64,000 nucleotides of DNA, taken from assembly GCA_964642165.1 (NCBI GenBank), contig CAZXOC010000004.1, forward strand, positions 2,200 through 66,199, read 5' to 3'. This DNA is from an uncultured Planctomycetaceae bacterium (lineage in GTDB: Bacteria; Planctomycetota; Phycisphaerae; SM23-33). Under the pieces are notes generated by a model. That model was not told the DNA's origin, did no database searches, and was given only the letters and a program-made list of their open reading frames with translations. Shown in pieces: positions 26,045 to 36,126 of the stretch (position 1 is its first letter; every line of letters begins with the position of its first letter). The position numbers and the translations under genes were made by a program.

Positions 26045-26917
26045 TCACAACTCCAGCACTTCCAGACGCTTTCGGGAGTACGTGCTGCCGATGTTGACGA
26101 CCTTGATCCGCCCGACGGTCGTCTCCGCGGGCCAGTGCGAGTGCCCGCAGAAGACGTGGGAGACCTTCGGGCAGTCGCGAAGAACGGCGCCGAGCCGCGC
26201 GGCGCCCATGTAGGCGGCCGCGAAGGCGAACGGCGCGGGCCGGCCCTTCGGCACCAGGTCCGCGAACGGCAGGTGGTGCACGAACGCCACGATCCGCTCG
26301 ACGCGCCCGGCGATCTGGGCCAGGTGCCGCGAGAGCTTCGCGGCGAGGTCCTCGAGGAACTCCTCGTCGCTGACGCCGAGGCGGACGTGCCGGCCGTCCA
26401 TCCACCGCGTTCCCATTCTCATGTGCGCCTCGGTCAGCACGTCGCGGTGGGCTTCCAGCAGGTCATCGTGCCGGCCGAGGTGCGCCGCCGCCCCCGGCGC
26501 CACCTTCGCCCGGTAGAACGCCTCGGGGATGCCCAGCGACTCGTCGCGGAAGGAGTAGTCGTACCATCCGACGGACCCGGCGAGCCCGACGGCGTCGAGG
26601 ACGACCGGGGCGTGATCCAGCAGGTGGAAGCCCTCCTCGGCCGCGACGCGCGGCAGGAGCTGCTCGTAGCGCTGGAGGGAGGTCTCCCCCTCGCGGCACC
26701 AGAGGCAGTGGTTTCCGGCGACGAGGAAGCGACGCCCGCCAAAGCCCGCGAAGAGCCGCAGGCACCGACGAAGCGGCGTCGGATCGGCCCCGGCGGCGTC
26801 ACCCACCAGGACGAAGGCGTCGCCGCCAAGGGCGCACACGCGCCCCGCGAGGCGCCGCGCCGGGTCGCGCGACCTCGGGATGTCGTAGTGCAGATCGGCG
26901 GTGACCAGGATCCTCAT
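26045..26917 (-). CDS. calcineurin-like metallophosphoesterase
   Basis: ORF 26045..27193, trimmed to MRILVTADLHYD (ATG 26915-26917). Motifs DLH, GD..G, GNH, GHSH. Confidence 0.8.
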   Translation of the reverse strand: MRILVTADLHYDIPRSRDPARRLAGRVCALGGDAFVLVGDAAGADPTPLRRCLRLFAGFGGRRFLVAGNHCLWCREGETSLQRYEQLLPRVAAEEGFHLLDHAPVVLDAVGLAGSVGWYDYSFRDESLGIPEAFYRAKVAPGAAAHLGRHDDLLEAHRDVLTEAHMRMGTRWMDGRHVRLGVSDEEFLEDLAAKLSRHLAQIAGRVERIVAFVHHLPFADLVPKGRPAPFAFAAAYMGAARLGAVLRDCPKVSHVFCGHSHWPAETTVGRIKVVNIGSTYSRKRLEVLEL

Positions 26918-27165
26918 GGACAAGCGATGGATTATAGGCCCCGCGGTGCGCGGGGACCACCTGCCCTGTGGTACGACCGGCCGGGCGCGAGGTTCCGCCG
27001 GAAGGTGGGCTGTTCCGGCGAGACGTCTTGGGGAAGCCTGTGGGCCGCCTGGGATCTTGAGGTATAATGGCTCGTTCGACGCCTGTTTGACAACGGGCGG
27101 CCTGCGCATATCATGGCGGGCTACCTGTCGTCTGCGCCCCGTTGCGTGATCCCGGGCTGTACACC

Positions 27166-28209
27166 ATGGCTGACAACAAGGTCCGTGAGACATTCCGTGC
27201 CAGGGAACTGGCGGTCTGCCTGAGCTATTACGATCTCGGGATCATCAGCGAGATCGAGGAGTTCGCGAGGGGTTCACGACGTGCGCCGAAGGTGGTGATC
27301 GACTGCGAACGGGGCCGGTTCCTCTTCAAGCGCCGCACCATGGGCAGGGACGACCTGGCCAAGGTGGCCTTCACCCACCAGATCCAACTGACCCTCGCCG
27401 GGCAGAACTTCCCCCTGCCCCACCTGCTGGGCACGCGGGACAGCAACAACTCCATGCTCGTCTGGGAGGACGGCATCTACGAGATGTTCGAGTACATCGT
27501 CGGCAGCAGCTACGACGCCTCCCTGGACGCGACGTTCCACTCCGGCAAGATCCTCGGGCTCTACCACAAGCTGCTCCAGGACTTCCGCAGCGACTACCAG
27601 CCCCCCACCGGCAGCTACCACGGCGCCAAGGCCATCCAGCAGGCCATCCGCAAGACGGTCAGCTCCCTGCCGATGGACTCGCGCCCCCCCACGGAGGAGC
27701 TCACCGAGACGGTCGGCGCGCTGGAGCAGGCCTACAAGAGCAGCGCCCGCAAGGTCCACGAGCTGGGCCTGGCCCACTGGCAGAGCCAGATCGTCCACGG
27801 CGACTGGCACCCGGGCAACATGCTCTTTCGCGAGGGACACGTGGTGGCCGTCATCGACTACGACGCCGCGCGCCTCCAGCAGCGGGTGATCGACCTGGCC
27901 AACGGGGCGCTCCAGTTCTCCATCCTCGGCGGCGCCGACGACCCCACGACCTGGCCGGACTACCTCGACCAGTCCCGCTTCAAGCGGTTCATGCGCGGCT
28001 ACGACTCCGTCAACGTCGTCTCCGTCGCCGAGCTGAAGGCCGTGCCCTACCTCATGTGCGAGGCGATGATCGCCGAGGCGGTCCTGCCCATCGCCGCCAC
28101 GGGCAGCTTCGGGCGCCTCGACGGCTTCGGCTTCCTCCGAATGGTCCACAAGAAGATCAAGTGGATCCTCGCCCACCTCGACGAGATCGGCCGCGTCCTG
28201 GAGGACTAG
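27166..28209 (+). CDS. APH/choline-kinase-fold phosphotransferase, substrate unknown
   Basis: ORF 27142..28209, ATG at 27166 (MADNKV). Brenner motif IVHGDWHPGNMLF followed by VIDYD. Confidence 0.8.
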   Translation: MADNKVRETFRARELAVCLSYYDLGIISEIEEFARGSRRAPKVVIDCERGRFLFKRRTMGRDDLAKVAFTHQIQLTLAGQNFPLPHLLGTRDSNNSMLVWEDGIYEMFEYIVGSSYDASLDATFHSGKILGLYHKLLQDFRSDYQPPTGSYHGAKAIQQAIRKTVSSLPMDSRPPTEELTETVGALEQAYKSSARKVHELGLAHWQSQIVHGDWHPGNMLFREGHVVAVIDYDAARLQQRVIDLANGALQFSILGGADDPTTWPDYLDQSRFKRFMRGYDSVNVVSVAELKAVPYLMCEAMIAEAVLPIAATGSFGRLDGFGFLRMVHKKIKWILAHLDEIGRVLED

Positions 28210-28229
28210 CCCCGCCCCGCCGCTGGGCG

Positions 28230-28248
28230 TGAGGCCCGGACGGCCTCA
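28230..28248. terminator. 7-bp GC hairpin between the convergent kinase and nth genes
   Basis: TGAGGCC-CGGAC-GGCCTCA read directly. No U-tract, and it overlaps the nth stop codon, so support is weak. Confidence 0.25.
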
Positions 28249-28974
28249 ACCTGCTGTCTCGCGCCCCGTCGCCCCCCCTGCGCCGCGGAGCTGCTCTTGC
28301 CCGAACGGGCAGAGAGACAGGATGCGGCAATCGACGCACCTGGGCCGCCGCGCGCGGCAGGTGGCGCGGCCGTGAGCGATCAGCAGCACGTGCATCGCGT
28401 AGCGATCGCGGGGCGCGATCAGCGGCGTCAGGTGCTCGTGGGCGCGGTGCGGCGGGACGTTGTCCGGGAGCACGCGCAGCCGGCGGCAGATCCGCCCGAT
28501 GTGCGTGTCCACGGGGAACACGGGCATGCCGAGGGCGAACAGGAGCACGCAGAGGGCGGTTTTCGGCCCGACGCCGTCGAACCGCAGCAGCGCGTCGCAG
28601 GCCGCGGCGGGGTCCATCTCGGCGAGGAAGCCCAGCTCGATGCGGCCTCGCTCGGCCCGCACCTGGCGCAAGATCCGGCGGATCCGCGGCGCCTTGATGC
28701 GGCTCAACCCGCTGACGCGAATGCACCGCTCGATGGCCGAGACGGGCGCGTCGGCGGCCGCGTCCCAGGTGGGGAAGCGTCGCTTGAGCCGGCGGAAGCC
28801 GGCCGAGCTGTTCGCGTCGCTGGTGTTCTGGGAGAGGATCGTGCCGACCAGCATGTCGACGGGGTCGCGTGGCCCGGCCCACCGCCGCGGGCCGTACGCT
28901 CGCCGCAGCTCGCTCAGCACGCGCCGGAGAACGTGACGTGGACTGCCGCCGGTGCTGGTGCGCCGAGCCGCCAT
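28246..28974 (-). CDS. nth: endonuclease III (HhH-GPD base-excision glycosylase with 4Fe-4S cluster)
   Basis: 242 aa. LVGTILSQNTSD, HhH GVGPKTA, VDTH, Cys ladder CRARRPRCVDCRILSLC. Confidence 0.88.
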   Translation of the reverse strand: MAARRTSTGGSPRHVLRRVLSELRRAYGPRRWAGPRDPVDMLVGTILSQNTSDANSSAGFRRLKRRFPTWDAAADAPVSAIERCIRVSGLSRIKAPRIRRILRQVRAERGRIELGFLAEMDPAAACDALLRFDGVGPKTALCVLLFALGMPVFPVDTHIGRICRRLRVLPDNVPPHRAHEHLTPLIAPRDRYAMHVLLIAHGRATCRARRPRCVDCRILSLCPFGQEQLRGAGGATGRETAG

Positions 28975-29068
28975 GATCGGCGGACAGACTCGCCAACAGG
29001 ACCTCGCCTGTCAAGGCGCGTCGTTCCGCCGCGGCGGCCGTGCCCTTCGCAGGCGGGCCCGCCGCCCG

Positions 29069-32000
29069 TCACTTGCCGCCGACGGGCTCCGGCGCGGACG
29101 GCGCGGACGGTGCGGACGTTTCGGGCTCGGCCTCGCTCGTCGGCACCGGGGCCTTCATGGCGGCCCGCACGCGCGCCAGCGCCCGCTGGCCGTCCTCCAC
29201 GGCCATGTACAGCGACGGCACCAGCAGGAGCGTGATGAGCGTGGCGAACAGGATGCCGAAGCCCAGCGAGATGGCCATCGGGATCAGGAACCGCGCCTGG
29301 AGGGACGTCTCGAAGATCATGGGCGCCAGCCCGCCGAAGGTGGTCAGCGTGGTCAGCAGGATCGGGCGGAAGCGCTGGATGGCGGCGTCGTGGACGGCCT
29401 GCCGGGGCGGGAAATGGGCCTCCCTCCTTCGGCGGTTGGCGAAGTCGATCAGGACGAGGGAGTCGTTGACCACCACGCCGGCCAGCGCCACGATGCCCAG
29501 GACGCTGACGACGCTCAGGGAGTAGCCCATGATCAGGTGCCCGAGCACCGCGCCGACGACGCCGAAGGGGATGCTGACCATGACGATCAGCGGCTGGGCA
29601 TAGCTGCGGAACGGAATGGCCAGCAGCGCGAAGATGGCCAGCAGCGCCATCGCGAAGGTGACCTCGAGGCTGCCGATGCTCTCGCGCTGGTCGGCCTGTC
29701 GGCCCTCGAAGCTGAAGCCCAGCCCGGGGTAGCGAGCCTGCAGCGCCGGCAGCGATTCGGACTCCAGGCTCCGGATGACTTCGCCGGCCTGGCTGCGCGG
29801 CGTCACCTCCGCGAGGACACGGATGCTCCGCCGCCCCTCGCGGCGGTTGATCTCGGTGTAGGCCCTTCCCCGGCGGGCGGTGGCCACCTCGCGGAGCATC
29901 ACTTCCGTGCCGGCCGGCGTGCGGAGGATCAGCTCGTCGAGGTTGTACTCGCTGATCCGTTCGCGCTTGGGCAGGCGAACCATGATCTTGATCTCGTTGC
30001 GCCCCCGCTGCTGCCGAATGGCCTCGGCGCCGTAGAAGGCGCTGCGGACCTGCCTCGCGACACTCCGCGCGGTCAGGCCCAGCATCTTTCCCTCCGGCTT
30101 GACCGTGAAGTCCAACTGCTGCTTGCCGCGCTGGTAGCCCTCGTAGACGTCGGAGGTCCGCGGGAACCCCCGCAACTGCTCCGCCAAGTCGCTGCACGCG
30201 CGCTCCAGGGCCGGGATCCTCCGGTGGCTCAGCTCGACCTCCAGCGCCGGGCCGCGCCCGGGACCGCCGAAGTCGCTCTCGAACCGCACGTAGCTGGCGC
30301 CGACCACCTCGCCGACCCTCTCGCGCCAGCGCCGGACGAACTCCGCCGTGCTCATGATCTCGTCCCGCACCTCCGCGTCGGCCAGGTACGCCCGGACGAC
30401 CACGTGGTGGCTGCCCTCACGGCCGACCTGGGCGTAAATGCCTTCGACCAGCTCTTCGCGCCCGCACTCGGCGACGACGTCCCGTATGCCCCGGACCATG
30501 CGCTGCATGACGGCCTCCGTCCTCTCGACGGCCGAGCCGTAAGGCAGGTAGACCTCGACGCGGCCCCAGTCGCTCTCGACGCGGGGGAAGCTCTGGAAGC
30601 CCATGCGTCCGCTGAAGGCGTAGCCCAGCGCGGCGGCGAGCACGGCGACCGCCGCGGCGATGGTGACATAACGGTGCCGCAGGGCGAAGTCGAGGAAGCC
30701 TCCGTAGCGCCGGCGGACCCAGCGCGCGAAGGCCCGGCTGAAGGCCTGCTGGCGGGTATGCAGCCAGCCCGACAGTCCGCGCCGCATGCGGTCGCGCTGA
30801 TGGCCCAGATGGCTCGGCAGCACGAACAGCGCCTCCAGCAGGCTGATCAGGAAGACCACGATCACCACCAAAGGGATCATCCCGAAGATCTTCCCCATGC
30901 GGCCCGGCATGAAGTACAGGGGAAGGAAGGCGACCATGTTGGTCAGGATGCTGAACGTGACGGGCATGGCCACTTCGCGAGCGCCCCGGATGGCCGCCTT
31001 GAGGAACGGCATCCCCTCCTGGTGGTAGTGGTAGACGTTCTCGCCGACGACGATGGCATCGTCGACGACGATACCCAGGGTGATGATGCAGGCGAACAGC
31101 GTGACCATGTTGATGGTCACGCCGGTGGCCGGCAGCAGCAGCAGCGCCCCGAGGAAGGAGATGGGGATCCCCATCATCACCCAGAACGCCAGGCGCGCCT
31201 CCAGGAAGAGCCCCAGCACCAGCAGCACGAGCACCAGCCCCAGCGAACCGTTGCGGACGAGCAGGCTGACGCGCTGCCAGTACACGTCGGCCATGTCGCG
31301 CCGAATCGCCAGGTCGATCCCCGGCGGCAGCGCCGGGCGGACGTCTTCCAGGATGCGCTTGACCGCCCCGGCGACCTGGATGGGCGTCTGGTCGCCCACG
31401 CGGTAGACGTCGACCATGACCGCGGACTGGCCGCTGTAGGTGGCGTGGTAGTCGCTGTCCTCGTAGCCGTCCTTGATCTCGGCGACGTCCTCCAGCAGCA
31501 CCTCCGTGCCGTCCGCGGTCGTGATGATGGGCAGCTTGGCGAACTGCCGCCCGTAGTCCCGGCGCTCCTTCACGCGGAGGAGCACCTCCCCGCCGCGGGT
31601 CTTGATGCCCCCGCCGGGAAGCTCGACCGAGGCGTTCCGCAGCCGCCCGGCCACCTCCTCCAGCGTCAGCCCGTACCGCCGCAGGTTCGCCTGGGCGATC
31701 TCGATGCTGATCTCCATCCGCCGAACGCCCGACAGGTCCACCTGCGTGATGTCCGGGTCCTGGAGGAACCGGTCGCGGAGCTGCTCGGCCAGCTCGTGCA
31801 GGACGCGTTCCTCGGCCGGGCCGAACAGCGCCACCTGGATGACGCCCCGCCTGCGCGAGACGATCGTCACCCGCGGTTCCTCGGCGTCCTCCGGGAACGT
31901 GGTGATCCGGTCCACCTCGTTCTTGATGTCGTTGGCCAGCTTCTGGATGTCCGCCCCCAGCAGCAGCTCCACGGTCACCGTGCCCGAGCCCTCCCGCGCG

Positions 32001-32290
32001 ACGGCCGTGACCTCCTTCGCCCCGTCCAGCCCGCGGACGACCTCCTCAATGGCACGGACGATCCCGCGCTCCACTTCCTCGGGGCTGGCGCCGGGGTACG
32101 GCACGGTCACGCTGACCAGGTCCAGCTCGATGTCCGGAAAGACCTCCTGCTTGATGTTCCAGAGCATCAACACCCCGCCGACCAGGCAGGCCCCCATGAT
32201 CAGGTTGGCCGCCACGGAGTGCCCCGCCATGTAGGCGATGGGCCCGCGGCGCGGCGAGGCCTCCGGCGTGGGGCCCGGCGCGGGGGTCAT
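29069..32290 (-). CDS. RND efflux permease (AcrB/CzcA superfamily)
   Basis: ORF 29069..32512, trimmed to MTPAPGPT.. (ATG 32288-32290, ATGA overlap with the MFP stop). About 1070 aa, 12-TM RND pattern, two large periplasmic loops. Confidence 0.93.
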   Translation of the reverse strand: MTPAPGPTPEASPRRGPIAYMAGHSVAANLIMGACLVGGVLMLWNIKQEVFPDIELDLVSVTVPYPGASPEEVERGIVRAIEEVVRGLDGAKEVTAVAREGSGTVTVELLLGADIQKLANDIKNEVDRITTFPEDAEEPRVTIVSRRRGVIQVALFGPAEERVLHELAEQLRDRFLQDPDITQVDLSGVRRMEISIEIAQANLRRYGLTLEEVAGRLRNASVELPGGGIKTRGGEVLLRVKERRDYGRQFAKLPIITTADGTEVLLEDVAEIKDGYEDSDYHATYSGQSAVMVDVYRVGDQTPIQVAGAVKRILEDVRPALPPGIDLAIRRDMADVYWQRVSLLVRNGSLGLVLVLLVLGLFLEARLAFWVMMGIPISFLGALLLLPATGVTINMVTLFACIITLGIVVDDAIVVGENVYHYHQEGMPFLKAAIRGAREVAMPVTFSILTNMVAFLPLYFMPGRMGKIFGMIPLVVIVVFLISLLEALFVLPSHLGHQRDRMRRGLSGWLHTRQQAFSRAFARWVRRRYGGFLDFALRHRYVTIAAAVAVLAAALGYAFSGRMGFQSFPRVESDWGRVEVYLPYGSAVERTEAVMQRMVRGIRDVVAECGREELVEGIYAQVGREGSHHVVVRAYLADAEVRDEIMSTAEFVRRWRERVGEVVGASYVRFESDFGGPGRGPALEVELSHRRIPALERACSDLAEQLRGFPRTSDVYEGYQRGKQQLDFTVKPEGKMLGLTARSVARQVRSAFYGAEAIRQQRGRNEIKIMVRLPKRERISEYNLDELILRTPAGTEVMLREVATARRGRAYTEINRREGRRSIRVLAEVTPRSQAGEVIRSLESESLPALQARYPGLGFSFEGRQADQRESIGSLEVTFAMALLAIFALLAIPFRSYAQPLIVMVSIPFGVVGAVLGHLIMGYSLSVVSVLGIVALAGVVVNDSLVLIDFANRRRREAHFPPRQAVHDAAIQRFRPILLTTLTTFGGLAPMIFETSLQARFLIPMAISLGFGILFATLITLLLVPSLYMAVEDGQRALARVRAAMKAPVPTSEAEPETSAPSAPSAPEPVGGK

Positions 32291-33708
32291 GGCCTGGTCT
32301 CCGGGTCCGCGGCGGGCGGCGTCGCTTCCCCGGGGCTCGAGGCGGGCGCCCGTGCCTCGCGGAGCTTCATGCCCTCCACCGGTGTCGCCAGGTCGCTCAC
32401 GACGAGCCTCTCGCCGTCCTGGAGCCCCTCGCCGACGTAGACGCGCTGCGGCTCGCGGTGGACGATGCTGACCCTGCGGATCTCGAGCGTGTCGTCCGGC
32501 CCCATGACCCACACGCGGTCGCCGTCATGCAGGGCGGACCGGTCGAGGGCGACGACGCCCGCCAGATCGCGCCCCTCCAGCTTCACGCGAACGACCGACC
32601 CGGCGATCAGGGCGGGCCTGCCGGCATGTTCGTCCCGGAGCGACAGCGGATCCTCCACGGCGACCAGCAGGCGGGCCATGAGGCTCTGCTCTTCGAGCTC
32701 GGCCTCCTGGCGAATGACGTGCCCGGTTCGGAAGGCGTCGGGGCCCCACGCCGCTTCGTAGTAGATGCGACCCGGCGAGCCGGTCTGCCCGGCCTGTCGC
32801 GGGATCGTCAGCCACGTCAACTCGTCGACCGGCACGGCGACCTCAACCCAGTACTCGTCGGTGCCGATCAGCCGGGCCAGCGGCGTCTGCGGCGAGACCT
32901 GCGAGCCCAGGTCCACGTGCTTGGCGGCGACCAGCGTGTTGAACGGGGCGCGAACGGTCGTCCGCGTCAGCTCCAGTTGGGCCTTCCGGAGGGCCACGTC
33001 GGCGGCGGCCTTCGTCGCGCCCGCCGCCCGGCTGGTGGCCTCGGCCGCCTTCTTCGCCGCGCGGGCTGCATCGCAGGCCGCCTGGAACGCGCGGAGCTGC
33101 GGCTGGCGCAGCACCCACTCGAGGTCCTGCTTCCCCACCGTCTTGTCGAGCAGCTCGTACCCGTGCCGCGCGACGTCCTGCTGGCCCTCCTCCAGCTTCA
33201 GGTCGCACTCGGCGCGGGTGACGTCCGTGGCTCGCTGGGCGACCTCGCTGGCGCGCTGGTCTACGTCGGCGGCGGCCTTGGCCACCTGCGTCGCCTGCTG
33301 ATCCACCGCAAACTGGTAGTCGTTCGGGTCGATCCGGACGATCATCTCGCCGGCGGCGTAGCGCCCCCCGGGGACCAGCTCGTCGCTGATCTCGACGATC
33401 TGCCCGCTCACCTGCGGGGTCAGCTCGACCGTCCGGGCCGGCCTCACCGGCCCCATGACGTCGACGATCACGGCGTGCGTCTGCGGCCGGACCCGCTGGA
33501 CCTCCACGAGCGTCGCCGTCGGGCCCGGCGGACGGCGCCGTGCCTGCGGCGGCGTGATCAGGTAGTAGTACGCCAAGCCCCCGCCGCCGCCCAGGATGGC
33601 CAGCACCAGCACCAGCCGCGCCGTCGCTCCGATCCAGTGGGCGGCTGCCCCCGAGGGGGCGCCGGCCGGTCCGCCCGGGCTGGGGACACCTGTGTCATTC
33701 GCCGTCAT
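32287..33708 (-). CDS. RND periplasmic adaptor (membrane-fusion protein, HlyD family)
   Basis: 473 aa. N-terminal TM, coiled-coil hairpin (AKAAADVDQRASEVAQRATD..), lipoyl/beta-barrel segments. ATGA overlap with the OMF stop at 33705-33708. Confidence 0.88.
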   Translation of the reverse strand: MTANDTGVPSPGGPAGAPSGAAAHWIGATARLVLVLAILGGGGGLAYYYLITPPQARRRPPGPTATLVEVQRVRPQTHAVIVDVMGPVRPARTVELTPQVSGQIVEISDELVPGGRYAAGEMIVRIDPNDYQFAVDQQATQVAKAAADVDQRASEVAQRATDVTRAECDLKLEEGQQDVARHGYELLDKTVGKQDLEWVLRQPQLRAFQAACDAARAAKKAAEATSRAAGATKAAADVALRKAQLELTRTTVRAPFNTLVAAKHVDLGSQVSPQTPLARLIGTDEYWVEVAVPVDELTWLTIPRQAGQTGSPGRIYYEAAWGPDAFRTGHVIRQEAELEEQSLMARLLVAVEDPLSLRDEHAGRPALIAGSVVRVKLEGRDLAGVVALDRSALHDGDRVWVMGPDDTLEIRRVSIVHREPQRVYVGEGLQDGERLVVSDLATPVEGMKLREARAPASSPGEATPPAADPETRP

Positions 33709-35213
33709 GGTCTCTCCTGGTCTCCTTTGCCGGTTCCGTCGGGCGCCTCGGCCGGCGCGGCGGGCCCCGGCGAGGCCAGGCCCCGCCGCAGGCGCTCGAC
33801 CGGGCCGTGCACGCGCCGCGCGGGCCGGGGCGGCTCGGGAAGCTCCCAGCCGCCGCCGAGGGCGCGGTACAGGTCGATGCGGAACTGCACCAGCCGCCGC
33901 CTCGCCTGGAGGTACGTCCGCTCCAGGCGCTGGTGGCTCAGCAGCGTCGTCAGGAAGCGCACGAAATCCCCGCCGCCCTTCATGTAGTCCCGCCGCGTCT
34001 GGTCCGACGCCTGGCGCGACAGCTCCAACTGCTTGCGGAGGCTGGCGAGATACTCGCGCTGCTTGGCCTCGCGCCGGAGGGCGTCCTCCACCTCCCGCAG
34101 GGAGGCCAGCACCGCGCGGCCGTAGGCGTGGAGCTGCTCGTCCGCCGCGGCACGGGCGCGGTCCACCTCCGCGGCCCGCAGGCCCGCGTCAAACAGCGGC
34201 GCCGCGGCATTCGCCGCCATGCTCGCCAGCCAGTTGTCGAAGAGCTCCCGGACGCGTTCGGCCGAGGTGCTCCCGGTGGCCGTCAGGCCCACCCTCGGGA
34301 AGCGGTCGGCGATCGCCGCCGCCACGCGGTGGTCCGCCGCACGCACGCGAAGCTGCGCGGCGCGAACATCGGGGCGCTGGGCGATCCGCTCGGCCGGAAG
34401 GCCCGTCCTCGGCAGCGGCAGGGGCGTCGGCAGCTCGCGTGACTCCGGGGCGCGGAAGCCCATCGGCTCGCGCCCGAGCAGCACCGCCAGGGCGTGCCGC
34501 TCCACGGCCAGGTCGCCCTCGGCCTGGACGCGCTCGCCCCGGGTGGACTCCAGGAGCTGGCGCTGCTGGAGCACGTCCGTGGCCGAGGCCTGCCCCCGGC
34601 GGAACATCACCGTGATGATGTCCAGGTAGTCGCCGTTGGTCTTGCTCTGCGCGTCGAGCAGGTCGAGCTGGCGGCGCAGCTCCACGACGCGATACCACGC
34701 GCCCGCCACCTCGGCGCTGAGGGTCATCGCCGCGGAGCGGAGGTCCTGCTCGGCCGCTCGGACGTCGAGCTCGCTCGCCTCGTACGCGGAGCGGACACGG
34801 CCCCACAGGTCCAGTTCGTACTCGGCGGCGAGCCCCAGCCTGACCTCGTTCTGGTAAGCCCTGGGGTGACCCTCGATCGAGGTCAGCGTGCGCGACCCCC
34901 CGGCCGTGCCGTCCAGCGACGGCAGCAGCGGCGCCACCCGCTGTCGCGCGACAGCCCGCGCCTGGGCCAGGCGATCCCACGTGCGGCGAAGGTCCAGGTT
35001 GCCCCGCAGCGCTTCGGCCACCAGCCCGTCCAGCGCCTCGTCGCCGAGGCCCGTCCACCACTGGTCCGCCTGGTTCGCGTCGCCATCGGCCGAGAAGGCC
35101 TCCGGCAGCGTCACCGGCACGCCGGGGGCCTCGACCTCCGGCGTGCAGCCGTTGGCCGCCATCGCTGCCGTCAGCAGCAGCGCCGGGCGGAAGCTCGCGC
35201 GCAGCGCGGTCAC
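33705..35213 (-). CDS. outer-membrane efflux lipoprotein (TolC/NodT family)
   Basis: Lower part of ORF 33705..35717. GTG at 35211-35213 gives VTALRASFRPALLLTAAMAANGC (lipobox). Two OEP repeats (LDLRRTWDRLAQARA.., PDVRAAQLRVRAADHRV..). GTGA overlap with the tetR stop. Confidence 0.85.
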   Translation of the reverse strand: MTALRASFRPALLLTAAMAANGCTPEVEAPGVPVTLPEAFSADGDANQADQWWTGLGDEALDGLVAEALRGNLDLRRTWDRLAQARAVARQRVAPLLPSLDGTAGGSRTLTSIEGHPRAYQNEVRLGLAAEYELDLWGRVRSAYEASELDVRAAEQDLRSAAMTLSAEVAGAWYRVVELRRQLDLLDAQSKTNGDYLDIITVMFRRGQASATDVLQQRQLLESTRGERVQAEGDLAVERHALAVLLGREPMGFRAPESRELPTPLPLPRTGLPAERIAQRPDVRAAQLRVRAADHRVAAAIADRFPRVGLTATGSTSAERVRELFDNWLASMAANAAAPLFDAGLRAAEVDRARAAADEQLHAYGRAVLASLREVEDALRREAKQREYLASLRKQLELSRQASDQTRRDYMKGGGDFVRFLTTLLSHQRLERTYLQARRRLVQFRIDLYRALGGGWELPEPPRPARRVHGPVERLRRGLASPGPAAPAEAPDGTGKGDQERP

Positions 35214-35899
35214 GGGGCGTCTCCTTCCCTGGCGGCCGCCTCTTCCATCCCGCGGCGAACCTCGCGAAGCCCGGCGAGGGAGAAGCGGGTGATGTGGTCG
35301 GCGAGCTTTTCGGGGGCCTCCCGATAGGGAGGAGCCGGCGGCTGCGGGGGCACCGGGCCCTTGCCGAAGTGCCCGCGATGCCAGTCCCGGTGCATCACGT
35401 GCATGCACTGGCTGATGATGCTGCGCATGCAGAGATGGACCAGGTGATCGTCGGCGTGGTCGCCCAGCAGTTGGCGGACGACCTCGAACGTGCCCCGCCG
35501 CAGGGGCTCGATGGCCTTCCGCATCGCTTCGTGGAGCAGCCCCGTGGGGTTGCCCATCTCGTGGCGAACGATGGCGAACTCCGGGCTGCCCGGGCTCATG
35601 ATCCGCCGGAGCAGCGCGAGGATCCGCGCCCGGAGCCGCTCCTCCGGCGGGTCGTCCGCCCGCGCGCCCCCGCCCGGGGGATGGGCTCGCAGCGATGCCT
35701 CGAACGAGTGCCGCCACGCCTCGACGTAGAGGCTGGCCTTGTCGCCGAAATGGTAGTTCACGGCCGCGATGTTCGCCCCCGCGCGCTCGCAGATCTCGGC
35801 GATCGTGGCGGCCCGGTAGCCCTTGTCGGCGAAGACCCGGCAGGCCGCCTCCAGCAGGCGCTCCCGGGTGCCCTTCCCTGCTTTATCCGGTTGGACCAT
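35210..35899 (-). CDS. TetR/AcrR-family transcriptional regulator
   Basis: 229 aa. N-terminal HTH TRERLLEAACRVFADKGYRAATIAEICERAGANIAAVNYHFGDK. Confidence 0.88.
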   Translation of the reverse strand: MVQPDKAGKGTRERLLEAACRVFADKGYRAATIAEICERAGANIAAVNYHFGDKASLYVEAWRHSFEASLRAHPPGGGARADDPPEERLRARILALLRRIMSPGSPEFAIVRHEMGNPTGLLHEAMRKAIEPLRRGTFEVVRQLLGDHADDHLVHLCMRSIISQCMHVMHRDWHRGHFGKGPVPPQPPAPPYREAPEKLADHITRFSLAGLREVRRGMEEAAAREGDAP

Positions 35900-35939
35900 G
35901 CTGTCAGCCCTCGATCCGAACCGCCATTTTAATCAAACG

Positions 35940-35954
35940 ATTGAAACATTCAAT
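35940..35954. promoter_or_regulatory. candidate TetR operator ATTGAA-ACA-TTCAAT
   Basis: Perfect 6-bp arms read directly, about 40 nt upstream of the tetR ATG (35899) in an AT-richer intergenic stretch. Confidence 0.4.
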
Positions 35955-36126
35955 GGGTTTTCTTGCCTTTCGCCGTCGCCAGAGGGCACCCTCGCGAATG
36001 AGGAACATAAAGCCTTGCTTAAAAGGAGCGTAAGGCAGGAAGAGCCGTGTCGTCAGTGACGGGCTTCCGCAGGTGGGTGCAGTGAGACGTCCGCAGGCGA
36101 GTTCCGCGCGGCGACCGGACCGGGGG

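Noticed and set aside
21985-27067. ORFs 21985..23649(+), 21935..23350(-), 23276..27067(+, 1263 aa), 24255..25859(-) and others
   Set aside because: Shadow frames over lysA, glycerate kinase, HtrA and the phosphoesterase. No domain signatures and biased composition.
27166-28209. APH-fold kinase considered as a type II (protein-kinase-fold) homoserine kinase
   Set aside because: Only the generic HGDWHPGN / IDYD catalytic motifs are visible. There is no pathway neighbour and nothing specific to ThrB2. Kept as a kinase of unknown substrate.
28952-35717. ORFs 28952..32440(+, 1162 aa), 28914..30197(-), 32458..33987(+), the N-terminal 168 aa of 33705..35717, and related frames
   Set aside because: Shadows of the RND/MFP/OMF genes. 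For the OMF, a GTG at 35213 with a lipobox is far more plausible than the Arg/Pro-rich extension overlapping tetR.
35953-36033. 26-codon + ORF (MGFLAFRRRQRAPSRMRNIKPCLKGA) downstream of the radical SAM gene, considered as a RiPP precursor
   Set aside because: It is on the opposite strand to the enzyme, has no RBS, overlaps the candidate TetR operator, and is basic junk-like sequence.
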